Positions 20,536 through 28,614 of a DNA stretch of 32,000 nt are shown here, piece after piece. The translations under genes and the position numbers were made by a program. The notes below the pieces were generated by a model. That model was not told where the DNA came from. It did no database searches and worked only from the letters and a program-made list of their open reading frames with translations. Every line of letters starts with the position of its first letter. Position 1 is the stretch's first letter. This stretch comes from Nostoc sp. PCC 7120 = FACHB-418 (lineage in GTDB: Bacteria; Cyanobacteriota; Cyanobacteriia; Cyanobacteriales; Nostocaceae). The stretch is taken from contig NC_003272.1 in NCBI RefSeq assembly GCF_000009705.1, positions 5,190,001-5,222,000 of the forward strand, given 5' to 3'.

Positions 20536-21723
20536 CTATCTTAATACAGTATTTAATTTTGGATAAATCAAATCACACTTGCGGATCACAAACCAAAGTA
20601 CATAACCCAAAACAATAGAGAAAAACTTGATATGTATAGGGGTTCCCAAGTAACTGAAAAGAGATGACAACTGTACAGCTATTGCTACCCAACGATATTG
20701 TGGCAAGTAAAAAGCCAAAATAATAGAACAAATATCAGCTGGATAAAAATATCGCTGGTGCATCTTCGGCAGTATATAAGGCAGTAACAAAACTGATATT
20801 GTTGCTAAATGTATTAGTCTCTCTTGCGTAATTTCTAATTTACTTTTATGTACGACGTAGGCCAGTAAAATTATTGCAAATATAGTTGATATTAAGCCTA
20901 TGGGAACAACTATATTATATAAGTTATTAGGAATCCATTGATAAATATTAGGGACGGCTTTGGCTAATTCTTTATATTTATTGGCTTGATTAAAATATAC
21001 CAACAATAATTCCGACATTGGCCTTCCAGCAAACCAAGCAGGCAATATTGCTAATAAATACACTAAAGGAATTATTGGTATATAGTACCAACGTATTCTT
21101 TGCTTAAGCAGCATTATTAATAATAAAGGAGAGAGAAACATTGCTTGCAGTTTAAAGGACAGTCCAATCCCAAAACTCACCAATGCTGGAATTTCTTTTT
21201 TTATACATAAAAAATAAATACAGGCAATTAACCCTGTTGTATATATACTGTCACACTGACCCCAGATGGCGCTGTTATAGATAACAACAGGACTCAATAT
21301 AACTGTTATAAAAGCGAAAATTGGTTGTCTGCCTTGCGGATATTTAAGTTTAACAATTTTGTAAGTGAAGAAAGCACAAACAAAATCAACAAACATGGCA
21401 AAAAGCTTAATTGAAAATATTTTTGGCAATCCTGAAAGTAGAGTGGCTGCAAATACAATCCAGTAGAGATAGGGAGGTGTGTAGTCAGCAAAACCATGTT
21501 TTAAGGCACTAAAACCGCCATTATTGGCTATAAAATCATACCAAGGAGCTAAAAAAGAGGTATAGTCAGAGGAGCGATTAGGAACACAAATTAACCGAAT
21601 TATGACAGCACAGATAATAGAAATAGTTAAATAATTAGGAACTGGAGGAGTAACTATTTTCAAGAGCTTTTTGATTTTATATTTTATACTTCTAGGTAAT
21701 ATTTTATCTGAATGTTGTGTCAT
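20536..21723 (-). CDS. Polytopic GT-C-like membrane protein (GT87/DUF2029- or Gpi18-related), tandem paralog 1
   Basis: 395 aa and multi-span, with a first-loop motif WYDFIANNGGFSALKHGFADYTPPYLYW. By eye it is roughly three-quarters identical to the neighbouring 399-aa ORF. Confidence 0.5.
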   Translation of the reverse strand: MTQHSDKILPRSIKYKIKKLLKIVTPPVPNYLTISIICAVIIRLICVPNRSSDYTSFLAPWYDFIANNGGFSALKHGFADYTPPYLYWIVFAATLLSGLPKIFSIKLFAMFVDFVCAFFTYKIVKLKYPQGRQPIFAFITVILSPVVIYNSAIWGQCDSIYTTGLIACIYFLCIKKEIPALVSFGIGLSFKLQAMFLSPLLLIMLLKQRIRWYYIPIIPLVYLLAILPAWFAGRPMSELLLVYFNQANKYKELAKAVPNIYQWIPNNLYNIVVPIGLISTIFAIILLAYVVHKSKLEITQERLIHLATISVLLLPYILPKMHQRYFYPADICSIILAFYLPQYRWVAIAVQLSSLFSYLGTPIHIKFFSIVLGYVLWFVIRKCDLIYPKLNTVLR

Positions 21724-21893
21724 AAATAGGAGATACGATGGTATGGTTTAAAAATTCTAATTATTAGATATGACTGTTAGGAAAACTTTGTAAAGTCAAA
21801 TCAACATATATAACCCAAGCATAATAGTCAGCTAAAAGACAAAACCCAATTATATGAGATACTTTCCCTGACTGATTCTTGACTCAAACTTAA

Positions 21894-23093
21894 TTACTGA
21901 TTATTCAAGTAAAACTTCGCTTGATATCTCGGATAAATTAAATCACAAGTTTTAACAACAAACCAAAGTACAAAAGCTAAAGGTATAGAAAATAATTTGA
22001 TATATATAGGTGTTCCTAAATAGCTGAAAAATGACGACATTGGCACTAAGATAGCTATCCAACGATAATGGGGAAAATAAAAAGCAAAAATAATGGAACA
22101 GATATCGGCAGGATAAAAATATCTCTCGTGCATTTTTGGGAGAATATAAGGAACTAATAAAACTATCGTAGTGGCTAAATGGATCAGTCTGTCTAGAGTA
22201 ATTTCTAGTTTACTTTTATATACGACGTAAGTTAATAAAAATATTGCAAATATAGTTATTATTACACCTAGAGGAGCAACAATATTATAAGAATTATTCG
22301 GAATCCATTGATAAATATTAGGTGCGTTCTTAGCTAATTCTTTGTATTTATTAGCTTGATTAAAATATATTAACAATAATTCCTGTATTGGTCTTCCTGC
22401 GACCCAGGCTGGCATAATTGCTATTAAATATACTAAAAAAGGTATTGGTAAGTAGTACCATTTTATTCTGTTTTTTATTAAAAAAATTAATAATAAAGGC
22501 GAAAGAAACATTGCTTGCAATTTAAAAGACAATGCTATGCCAAAACTCACTAACGCTGAAAGTTGTTTTTGTATAGATAAAAAGTAAATACAGGCAATTA
22601 ATCCTGTTGTATATATGCTGTCACATTGACCCCACAAGGCACTATTGTAAATAACGACAGGACTTAAAATGACTGTGATGAAGGCAAAAATTGCTTTCCT
22701 TCCTTCCGGATATTTAAGTTTGACTATTTTGTAAGTGAAAAAAGCACAAACAAAATCAACAGACATGGCGAAAAGCTTGATTGCCAGAATTTTCGGTAAT
22801 CCTGAAAGCACGGTACCAGCTATTAAAATCCAGTAGAGGTAGGGTGGTGTATAGTCAGCAAAACTATATTTTAATGCGCTAAATCCGCCGTTGGAAACTA
22901 TAAAATCATACCAAGGCGCTAAAAAATATTTATAATCAACAGATTTATTAGGAACACAGATTAGTCGAATTATTACGGCACATATAATACAGACGATTAA
23001 ATATCGTGGAAATCGTTGTTGGAAAGAAATTAACAAGCTTTTGAAGTCATGTTTTATGAATTTAAATGATTTCCTACCTGTCCATTGTGTCAT
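21894..23093 (-). CDS. Polytopic GT-C-like membrane protein, tandem paralog 2
   Basis: 399 aa. It is collinear with the 395-aa ORF over its whole length, for example CAVIIRLICVPN, FADYTPPYLYW, VDFVCAFFTYKIVKLKYP, WGQCDSIYTTGLIACIYFL and YFNQANKYKELAK. Confidence 0.5.
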   Translation of the reverse strand: MTQWTGRKSFKFIKHDFKSLLISFQQRFPRYLIVCIICAVIIRLICVPNKSVDYKYFLAPWYDFIVSNGGFSALKYSFADYTPPYLYWILIAGTVLSGLPKILAIKLFAMSVDFVCAFFTYKIVKLKYPEGRKAIFAFITVILSPVVIYNSALWGQCDSIYTTGLIACIYFLSIQKQLSALVSFGIALSFKLQAMFLSPLLLIFLIKNRIKWYYLPIPFLVYLIAIMPAWVAGRPIQELLLIYFNQANKYKELAKNAPNIYQWIPNNSYNIVAPLGVIITIFAIFLLTYVVYKSKLEITLDRLIHLATTIVLLVPYILPKMHERYFYPADICSIIFAFYFPHYRWIAILVPMSSFFSYLGTPIYIKLFSIPLAFVLWFVVKTCDLIYPRYQAKFYLNNQ

Positions 23094-23219
23094 AGATGGT
23101 AAATGCAGTGCTGTAGCACATAAATTGTGATTATTATATCTGACTTAGGGAACTGGCTAAATAACAAGAAGCGATCGCCTACGCAGAGGATAGTTAGCAC
23201 AGACAAAACACTAATTTTT

Positions 23220-24524
23220 CTACCCCACCCACTGTTTTTGAGCAAATCCTACAGCTAACCTGGCGAGTAATGTGATGAATAAACCTAAAACAAAATACCC
23301 TTGACGAGGATAGCGAGATAACAGCATGGCGATCGCTATACTCAAAGGCACAATACCATAAGCTAGGCGGCTTAAGGATATTGTTCCCCCAGAAGCAAGC
23401 AGCAGTCCGATACCGCAAAAGCCATACATGACAGTTACAGGAGTTAGCTTTTCACGGAAACACCACAACGCATAACTACCACCAAAGACCATGAATACAT
23501 TCAGTAAGTGATTAATTAAATCTTCTGGTGCCAGTAGTAACCAAAACAACACTAAGCTGTAACAACCATAAATGACCTTGGAGGAGTTTAAATATTGCCG
23601 AAAAAAGTATAAACAATATCCTCCACCAACAAACAGGATAAACAACAAAGGATGCCAAGGATCATTAATCAAACCAGATGTAGGCTTAACCCAACCAAAC
23701 TGCCAGTTTTGTGACCCCACGACAATTTTCATTAGCATACCTAACCATCCTTGCCAATCAAAGCCGAGAGATGGCCGCCAGCCTCGTTGTGCAGCGATAA
23801 AGGCTAGAGGATTGTGGAAGCGGATAGCACAATATAAACTAAAGACCGTGACTCCTATAGCGGTGGCTAAACCTGCGATATAAGCAATTGTTCGTCTGCG
23901 TTCTTTCCAAGCAGCGATCGCAAATGCAGGAATCATGGCCATCCCTGTGGGACGTGTTGCTGTCGCCAATGCACCCCAGAATCCTGTCCAGCCATACTGC
24001 TTTTGATCAAAAGCCCGTAAAGCGGCTGTACTTAAAAAAAGATATAGCCCCTCTGTATAAATTACTCCTGTAAACATCGCCGATGGATAACAAGACACTA
24101 CAGCCGTAGCCCATCTAGCGATACTGATTCCATAAGCATTTTTCAGCCAGAAGTACAACACATAAAGTGCTGCCAAAAATGTCACATTGTTGATTAAAAG
24201 GCCAGCTAATTCAAAAGACAAACCCAAATTCATCAATAACCGAATACACAAGGGAAACAAGGGAAAGAAAGCTAGATTGTGCTGCTTACCGTCATCGACA
24301 AATTGATATCCAGTAGTGGCGATCGCTCTATAATGCACGCTATCCCAAGCATCAAAAACCTCCCAGCTTAAACTAGGCAAACTTTCTGGTGCTGATGGTA
24401 AATTAGGCGCAACCAACAACATCGTTATCCAAATGAGGATACGGCTAAGAAACCATAGAATTCCAGGAAGGAGAAAATCAGTCTTCCATAAAATTTTTTT
24501 GATGAATATTCGCTTTTCAAACAT
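23220..24524 (-). CDS. PIG-V/Gpi18-like mannosyltransferase-family membrane protein (GT76-like, GT-C)
   Basis: FDAWDSVHYRAIATTGYQF....HNLAFFPLFPL matches the hallmark WD..HY..IA..GY....AFFP motif of PIG-V/Gpi18. The protein is multi-span. The track ORF begins at a TTG (24596). The first ATG is at 24524 (MFEKRIF...), giving 434 aa. Confidence 0.6.
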   Translation of the reverse strand: MFEKRIFIKKILWKTDFLLPGILWFLSRILIWITMLLVAPNLPSAPESLPSLSWEVFDAWDSVHYRAIATTGYQFVDDGKQHNLAFFPLFPLCIRLLMNLGLSFELAGLLINNVTFLAALYVLYFWLKNAYGISIARWATAVVSCYPSAMFTGVIYTEGLYLFLSTAALRAFDQKQYGWTGFWGALATATRPTGMAMIPAFAIAAWKERRRTIAYIAGLATAIGVTVFSLYCAIRFHNPLAFIAAQRGWRPSLGFDWQGWLGMLMKIVVGSQNWQFGWVKPTSGLINDPWHPLLFILFVGGGYCLYFFRQYLNSSKVIYGCYSLVLFWLLLAPEDLINHLLNVFMVFGGSYALWCFREKLTPVTVMYGFCGIGLLLASGGTISLSRLAYGIVPLSIAIAMLLSRYPRQGYFVLGLFITLLARLAVGFAQKQWVG

Positions 24525-24759
24525 AGAGTTGAGTCTTTCCCAAAAATCCCTTACGCATTTTTTTCTTATAGAAATAAACAACAGAAAATTGGACAAAATT
24601 TAGTATAGCTATGATTGGCTTTCATGCCACCATAAAATAATGGTCATTCATTGATTTTTGGAAAAACTTTAATGATTTAAAACTAAATATCTAGTATTTA
24701 AAGACACATAATCACTCAAATGTGCCATGAGTTTTGTTCCCAGTACCCAATCCTTTGAA

Positions 24760-24818
24760 GGGTAGGGGTATAGGGGTATAAATGTTTGAAACCCTTACAC
24801 CCCTATACCCTTACACCC
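24760..24818. repeat. Inverted heptamer repeat (GGGGTAT units facing ACCCCTAT/ACCCTTAC units) forming a 12-bp hairpin
   Basis: GGGTATAGGGGT (24766-24777) is complementary to ACCCCTATACCC (24799-24810), with a 21-nt loop. Degenerate CCCAGTA CCCAATC units lie just upstream. It sits in the divergent spacer between the PIG-V-like gene and dxr. Confidence 0.75.
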
Positions 24819-24907
24819 GGTCTCAACAAAAAATCTGGGTGCGTAAATCCTATTAATGAGTCCTCAGCAATTTATAGTGAGAGTTGTCGGTAAATCCTGA
24901 AGCAATT

Positions 24908-26104
24908 GTGAAAAGTATTACTCTTGTTGGTTCCACTGGCTCAATTGGTACTCAGACTCTAGATATCGTGAGTCAGTACCCAGATCAGTTTCGGATTGTG
25001 GGGTTAGCGGCGGGAAGCAATGTAGAAATGTTGGCAGAACAAATTCGCCAATTCCGTCCCCAAATAGCAGCGATTTCTGCCGCCGAAAAATTGCCAGCAC
25101 TCCAAGCAGCCATTAAAGACCTTGATCCCCAGCCGATTTTATTAGGGGGCGAAGCCGGAGTGATCGAAGTTGCTCGTTATGGTGATGCTGAAACGGTGGT
25201 GACAGGTATTGTCGGTTGTGCTGGGTTATTGCCAACCATCGCCGCTATAGAAGCTGGTAAAGATATCGCCTTAGCAAACAAAGAAACTCTCATCGCCGGC
25301 GGGCCTGTAGTTTTACCCTTAGTAGAAAAGCACGGCGTTAAATTATTACCAGCCGACTCCGAACATTCTGCCATCTTCCAGTGCCTCCAAGGTGTACCAA
25401 AAGGCGGCTTAAAGAAGATTTTACTCACAGCTTCCGGTGGTGCTTTTCGGGATTGGGATGTGGAAAGATTAGCAGAAGTGACGGTGTCCGATGCCCTGAA
25501 ACATCCTAACTGGTCAATGGGGCGAAAAATTACTGTAGACTCAGCTACCTTAATGAACAAAGGCTTAGAAGTAATTGAGGCTCACTTTCTGTTTGGGTTA
25601 GATTATCAAGATATCGAAATTGTCATCCATCCCCAAAGTATTATTCATTCACTAATTGAGCTGCAAGATACCTCTGTTTTAGCCCAACTCGGCTGGCCGG
25701 ATATGCGCTTACCTTTGCTATATGCTTTATCTTGGCCTGAACGCATCTACACAGACTGGGAACGCTTAAATTTAGTCAAAGCTGGCAATCTCACCTTCCG
25801 TGAACCAGACCATCAAAAGTATCCTTGTATGCAGTTAGCTTATGCTGCTGGTAGGGCTGGTGGTTCCATGCCGGCGGTGTTAAATGCCGCGAATGAACAG
25901 GTTGTGGCATTATTCCTGGACGAGAAAATCAAATTTTTAGATATTCCCCGTTGTATCGAATTAGTGTGCGATCGCCATCAAAACGATAACTGTGCCAATC
26001 CTTCTTTAGATGATATTTTGGCAGCAGATCAATGGGCAAGACAAGAAGTTTTAACAGCTACTAAAAATTTAGCAAGCCAACCTCAGATAATTTCCGTCAA
26101 CTAA
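24908..26104 (+). CDS. dxr: 1-deoxy-D-xylulose 5-phosphate reductoisomerase
   Basis: Motifs [14 protein letters not shown] (NADPH binding), [14 protein letters not shown] and HPNWSMG. The track starts at TTG 24884. GTG 24908 gives the canonical (M)[14 protein letters not shown]-terminus. Confidence 0.95.
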   Translation: MKSITLVGSTGSIGTQTLDIVSQYPDQFRIVGLAAGSNVEMLAEQIRQFRPQIAAISAAEKLPALQAAIKDLDPQPILLGGEAGVIEVARYGDAETVVTGIVGCAGLLPTIAAIEAGKDIALANKETLIAGGPVVLPLVEKHGVKLLPADSEHSAIFQCLQGVPKGGLKKILLTASGGAFRDWDVERLAEVTVSDALKHPNWSMGRKITVDSATLMNKGLEVIEAHFLFGLDYQDIEIVIHPQSIIHSLIELQDTSVLAQLGWPDMRLPLLYALSWPERIYTDWERLNLVKAGNLTFREPDHQKYPCMQLAYAAGRAGGSMPAVLNAANEQVVALFLDEKIKFLDIPRCIELVCDRHQNDNCANPSLDDILAADQWARQEVLTATKNLASQPQIISVN

Positions 26105-26127
26105 GCGCTGAAATTGCAAATACTTAG

Positions 26128-26180
26128 TATCTTGATGTCTTACGTGAGAAAAATCTGAAACTACATAAGACATCAAGATA
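26128..26180 (+). terminator. 15-bp perfect inverted repeat downstream of dxr
   Basis: TATCTTGATGTCTTA (26128-26142) pairs with TAAGACATCAAGATA (26166-26180), with a 23-nt loop. It starts 24 nt after the dxr stop. A T5 run follows only after 8 nt, so it is not a textbook intrinsic terminator. Confidence 0.45.
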
Positions 26181-26551
26181 CACGGGCTTTTTATCTGTTT
26201 TGTTATCAGCCATTGAGTATGCTTAAATCACATATACAGGAATGTGTATAGGATGAAATACCTACGCTAGCCTCTATTCTCTAACCTCTTGCCCCTATTA
26301 ATTCCTTAAAAATAAAAATCTCTTGAGTAAATTTGTCTAAAAATTCATTTTAACTTCCGGAATCAAGCAATTATTTTATGTATAATCATTTTGCAATAAC
26401 TGCCCAAAAATTTTAGCATTGCTGGAAATAAGATACTGCTAAAAACAGTACGTTTGCGGCAAAATTTATAAGTAGTTATTTCCTGGAAAAATATAGACTT
26501 ACTAATTAAGTCCCTTGAAAACTAGAGACGAATATTGAGGAATTTATATTT

Positions 26552-26749
26552 ATGATTCCTACGCTTATTTTAGCTTGGATTGTATTTGTTATAGTTTGGA
26601 AGGTATTAAAAGCAACTATTACCAATGCCTTAACTATTGCCGCTATTCTCATTTTATTAAACATTGGTTTTGGCATTACACCGCAGGATATTTGGCATCA
26701 AATCATGCAGTTTGCACAAACTTTATCACAGGTACAGGGTGGGAAATAG
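26552..26749 (+). CDS. Hypothetical small membrane protein (65 aa, two hydrophobic segments)
   Basis: It has an ATG start with GAGGAA about 12 nt upstream. MIPTLILAWIVFVIVW and LTIAAILILLNIGFGI look like two transmembrane helices. I recognise no family. Confidence 0.35.
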   Translation: MIPTLILAWIVFVIVWKVLKATITNALTIAAILILLNIGFGITPQDIWHQIMQFAQTLSQVQGGK

Positions 26750-26796
26750 AGGCGCATTGAGGCTAGGGATGAGGGAATTGGGACAATTACCTAAGC

Positions 26797-27057
26797 CTAA
26801 CCACCACTCACAGGGGGAATTAACACTACTTCATCCCCGTTTTTTAAAACTGTATCGGGTTCGACAAATATTAAATTAATCCCAAAGCGCGTGATATCTC
26901 GCCATTGAGATAGTTCTGGGCGTTCGGCTATGAGGCGATCGCACACTGCGCTAACGGGTGTACCATTGGGGAATTCCCACACCAGTTGTGGTACTCCATA
27001 AGCTTCTTGGTAAACAGCAAATAATTTGATGGTGATAGTGATTGCAGAATTGGACAT
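26797..27057 (-). CDS. moaD: MoaD/ThiS-family sulfur carrier (molybdopterin synthase small subunit type)
   Basis: 86 aa. The C-terminus NGDEVVLIPPVSGG closely parallels the E. coli MoaD ...DGDEVAFFPPVTGG ending, including the terminal Gly-Gly. Confidence 0.85.
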   Translation of the reverse strand: MSNSAITITIKLFAVYQEAYGVPQLVWEFPNGTPVSAVCDRLIAERPELSQWRDITRFGINLIFVEPDTVLKNGDEVVLIPPVSGG

Positions 27058-27237
27058 AATATTTTGTCCTCGATTTTACTGTGCGAGGATTTTAGTAAAG
27101 ACTTAAATGAGCAGATAAACAGTCACCAATTTGGGTAATGATAGAAATTGGCAGCTTGATACAGCAAGTTGATTGCTTACTTTGAATTTATCTGATTTTA
27201 CATACACTTAATAAAATTTATTCAATTTTAAGGTAAA

Positions 27238-28569
27238 ATGCAACCTGAATTCAATTTTTTTCAGCACTGGTATCCTGTCTCACCCATAGAAGACTTAGAT
27301 CCCAAACGACCAACCCCTGTTACTCTTTTAGGAATTCGTTTAGTGATCTGGAAACCACAATCTTCAGAGGGTTTTCGGATATTTATAGATCAATGTCCTC
27401 ACCGTCTTGCACCCTTAAGTGAAGGACGTGTTGATGATAAAACAGGTAACTTAATGTGCAGTTATCACGGCTGGCAATTTGATCCTGAGGGTGTGTGTAC
27501 CCACATTCCTCAAGCCGAGAATCCAGAAATAGTTACTAAAAACCAAAAAGATTTTTGTGTTATTTCTTTACCAGTGCGCCAACAGAACGATTTGCTTTGG
27601 GTTTGGCCTGATGTGAAATCTCAGGAATTAGCTGATCAAACACCATTACCTCTGTCACCACAAGTAGACGCTAGCAAAGGTTTTGTGTGGAGTTCTTTCG
27701 TCCGCGATTTAGAATACGACTGGCAAACCCTGGTAGAAAATGTGGCAGATCCTAGTCACGTTCCTTTTGCCCATCATGGCGTGCAGGGTAATCGAGAACA
27801 GGCCAGGGCTACACCTATTAGTATTATGCAATCAACGCCAGGTTTGATTGAGGCTGTCGCAGATGGACGATTCAAAGCAAAGATTACCTTTGAACCACCT
27901 TGTCGTTTAGAATACGCCATTAGTATTGGTAATGATGGAAAAAAAGTAGGACTTGTCACTTATTGCCTTCCTGTATCTCCTGGCAAATCAAGAATTGTCG
28001 CTCAGTTTCCTCGGAATTTTGCTAAGATACTGTATCATCTTACACCCCGATGGTGGGATCACGTCAAAACGCGTAATTTAGTACTGGATGGAGATATGAT
28101 TTTGCTCAAGCAGCAAGAGCATTTTCTCCAAGAAAGACAATTATCAGCCAGTTGGAAAACAGTTTACAAGATGCCAACAAGCGCTGATCGCCTAGTAATT
28201 GAATTTCGCAAGTGGTTTGATAAATACTGTGAGGGGCAATTACCTTGGAAAGAAGTGGGAATCGCCATTTCTGAAGGTTCAACAATCAACGACAGCCGCG
28301 ATACTTTGTTAGACCGCTACAAACAACATACCCAGCATTGCAGTAGCTGTCGTGATGCGCTGAAAAATATCAAGCGATTACAAGTGATACTGCTAGGCTA
28401 TTTCGCTATTATTATCTCTGGGGTTGCCGTTCTACCAGACTCCTTACGAGTCCAGCTAGGTTTACCCTTAATAATTACAGCAATCTTAGGATTGGGACTT
28501 TACTCTTGGCTAAAATTTTGGCTGGTTCCGAAATTTTACTTTGTAGATTATGTCCACGCTGAAAAATAA
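27238..28569 (+). CDS. Rieske [2Fe-2S] non-haem iron oxygenase of the PaO/Tic55 family, C-terminally membrane anchored
   Basis: Rieske motif CPHRLAPLSEG...CSYHGWQF, mononuclear iron motif ENVADPSHVPFAHHG, and a PaO-type CxxC (HCSSCRDA). Hydrophobic helices follow (VILLGYFAIIISGVAVL, LPLIITAILGLGLYSWL). Confidence 0.85.
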   Translation: MQPEFNFFQHWYPVSPIEDLDPKRPTPVTLLGIRLVIWKPQSSEGFRIFIDQCPHRLAPLSEGRVDDKTGNLMCSYHGWQFDPEGVCTHIPQAENPEIVTKNQKDFCVISLPVRQQNDLLWVWPDVKSQELADQTPLPLSPQVDASKGFVWSSFVRDLEYDWQTLVENVADPSHVPFAHHGVQGNREQARATPISIMQSTPGLIEAVADGRFKAKITFEPPCRLEYAISIGNDGKKVGLVTYCLPVSPGKSRIVAQFPRNFAKILYHLTPRWWDHVKTRNLVLDGDMILLKQQEHFLQERQLSASWKTVYKMPTSADRLVIEFRKWFDKYCEGQLPWKEVGIAISEGSTINDSRDTLLDRYKQHTQHCSSCRDALKNIKRLQVILLGYFAIIISGVAVLPDSLRVQLGLPLIITAILGLGLYSWLKFWLVPKFYFVDYVHAEK

Positions 28570-28576
28570 GAACCGG

Positions 28577-28610
28577 TTGACAGTTAACAGTTAACAGTTA
28601 ACTGTTGAAT
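28577..28610. repeat. Heptamer array TTGACAG TTAACAG TTAACAG TTAACTG TTGAAT (STRR3-like) with a 14-nt palindromic core
   Basis: Read directly from the sequence. AACAGTTAACTGTT (28593-28606) is self-complementary. The array fills the 45-nt gap between the convergent Rieske and J-protein genes. Confidence 0.8.
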
Positions 28611-28614
28611 CCTC

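Noticed and set aside
23194-24073. Track ORFs 23194-23418 (-), 23572-23883 (+) and 23888-24073 (+).
   Set aside because: They overlap the PIG-V-like gene in other frames or on the other strand. That gene has a continuous hydrophobic reading frame with a family hallmark motif, and the overlapping ORFs have no supporting features.
15290-24596. Whether the AT-rich GT-C region is a mobile genomic island.
   Set aside because: I found no transposase, integrase, recombinase or tRNA attachment site, and no flanking direct repeats. Low GC is partly explained by the Ile/Leu/Phe/Lys/Asn-rich membrane-protein composition. Some HIP1 copies do occur inside the 812-aa and 515-aa genes.
24525-24596. N-terminal extensions implied by non-ATG track starts: TTG at 24596, TTG at 6375, TTG at 24884 and GTG at 9568.
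   Set aside because: In each case an in-frame ATG, or the GTG for dxr, lies slightly downstream. Those starts give the family-typical N-terminus or a better ribosome-binding context. The longer versions cannot be excluded without N-terminal proteomics or TSS data.
26575-26879. Alternative-frame ORFs 26575-26760 and 26664-26879.
   Set aside because: The first overlaps the 65-aa membrane ORF in another frame and is Cys/Tyr/His-rich with no start context. The second runs antisense into moaD. Neither is supported.
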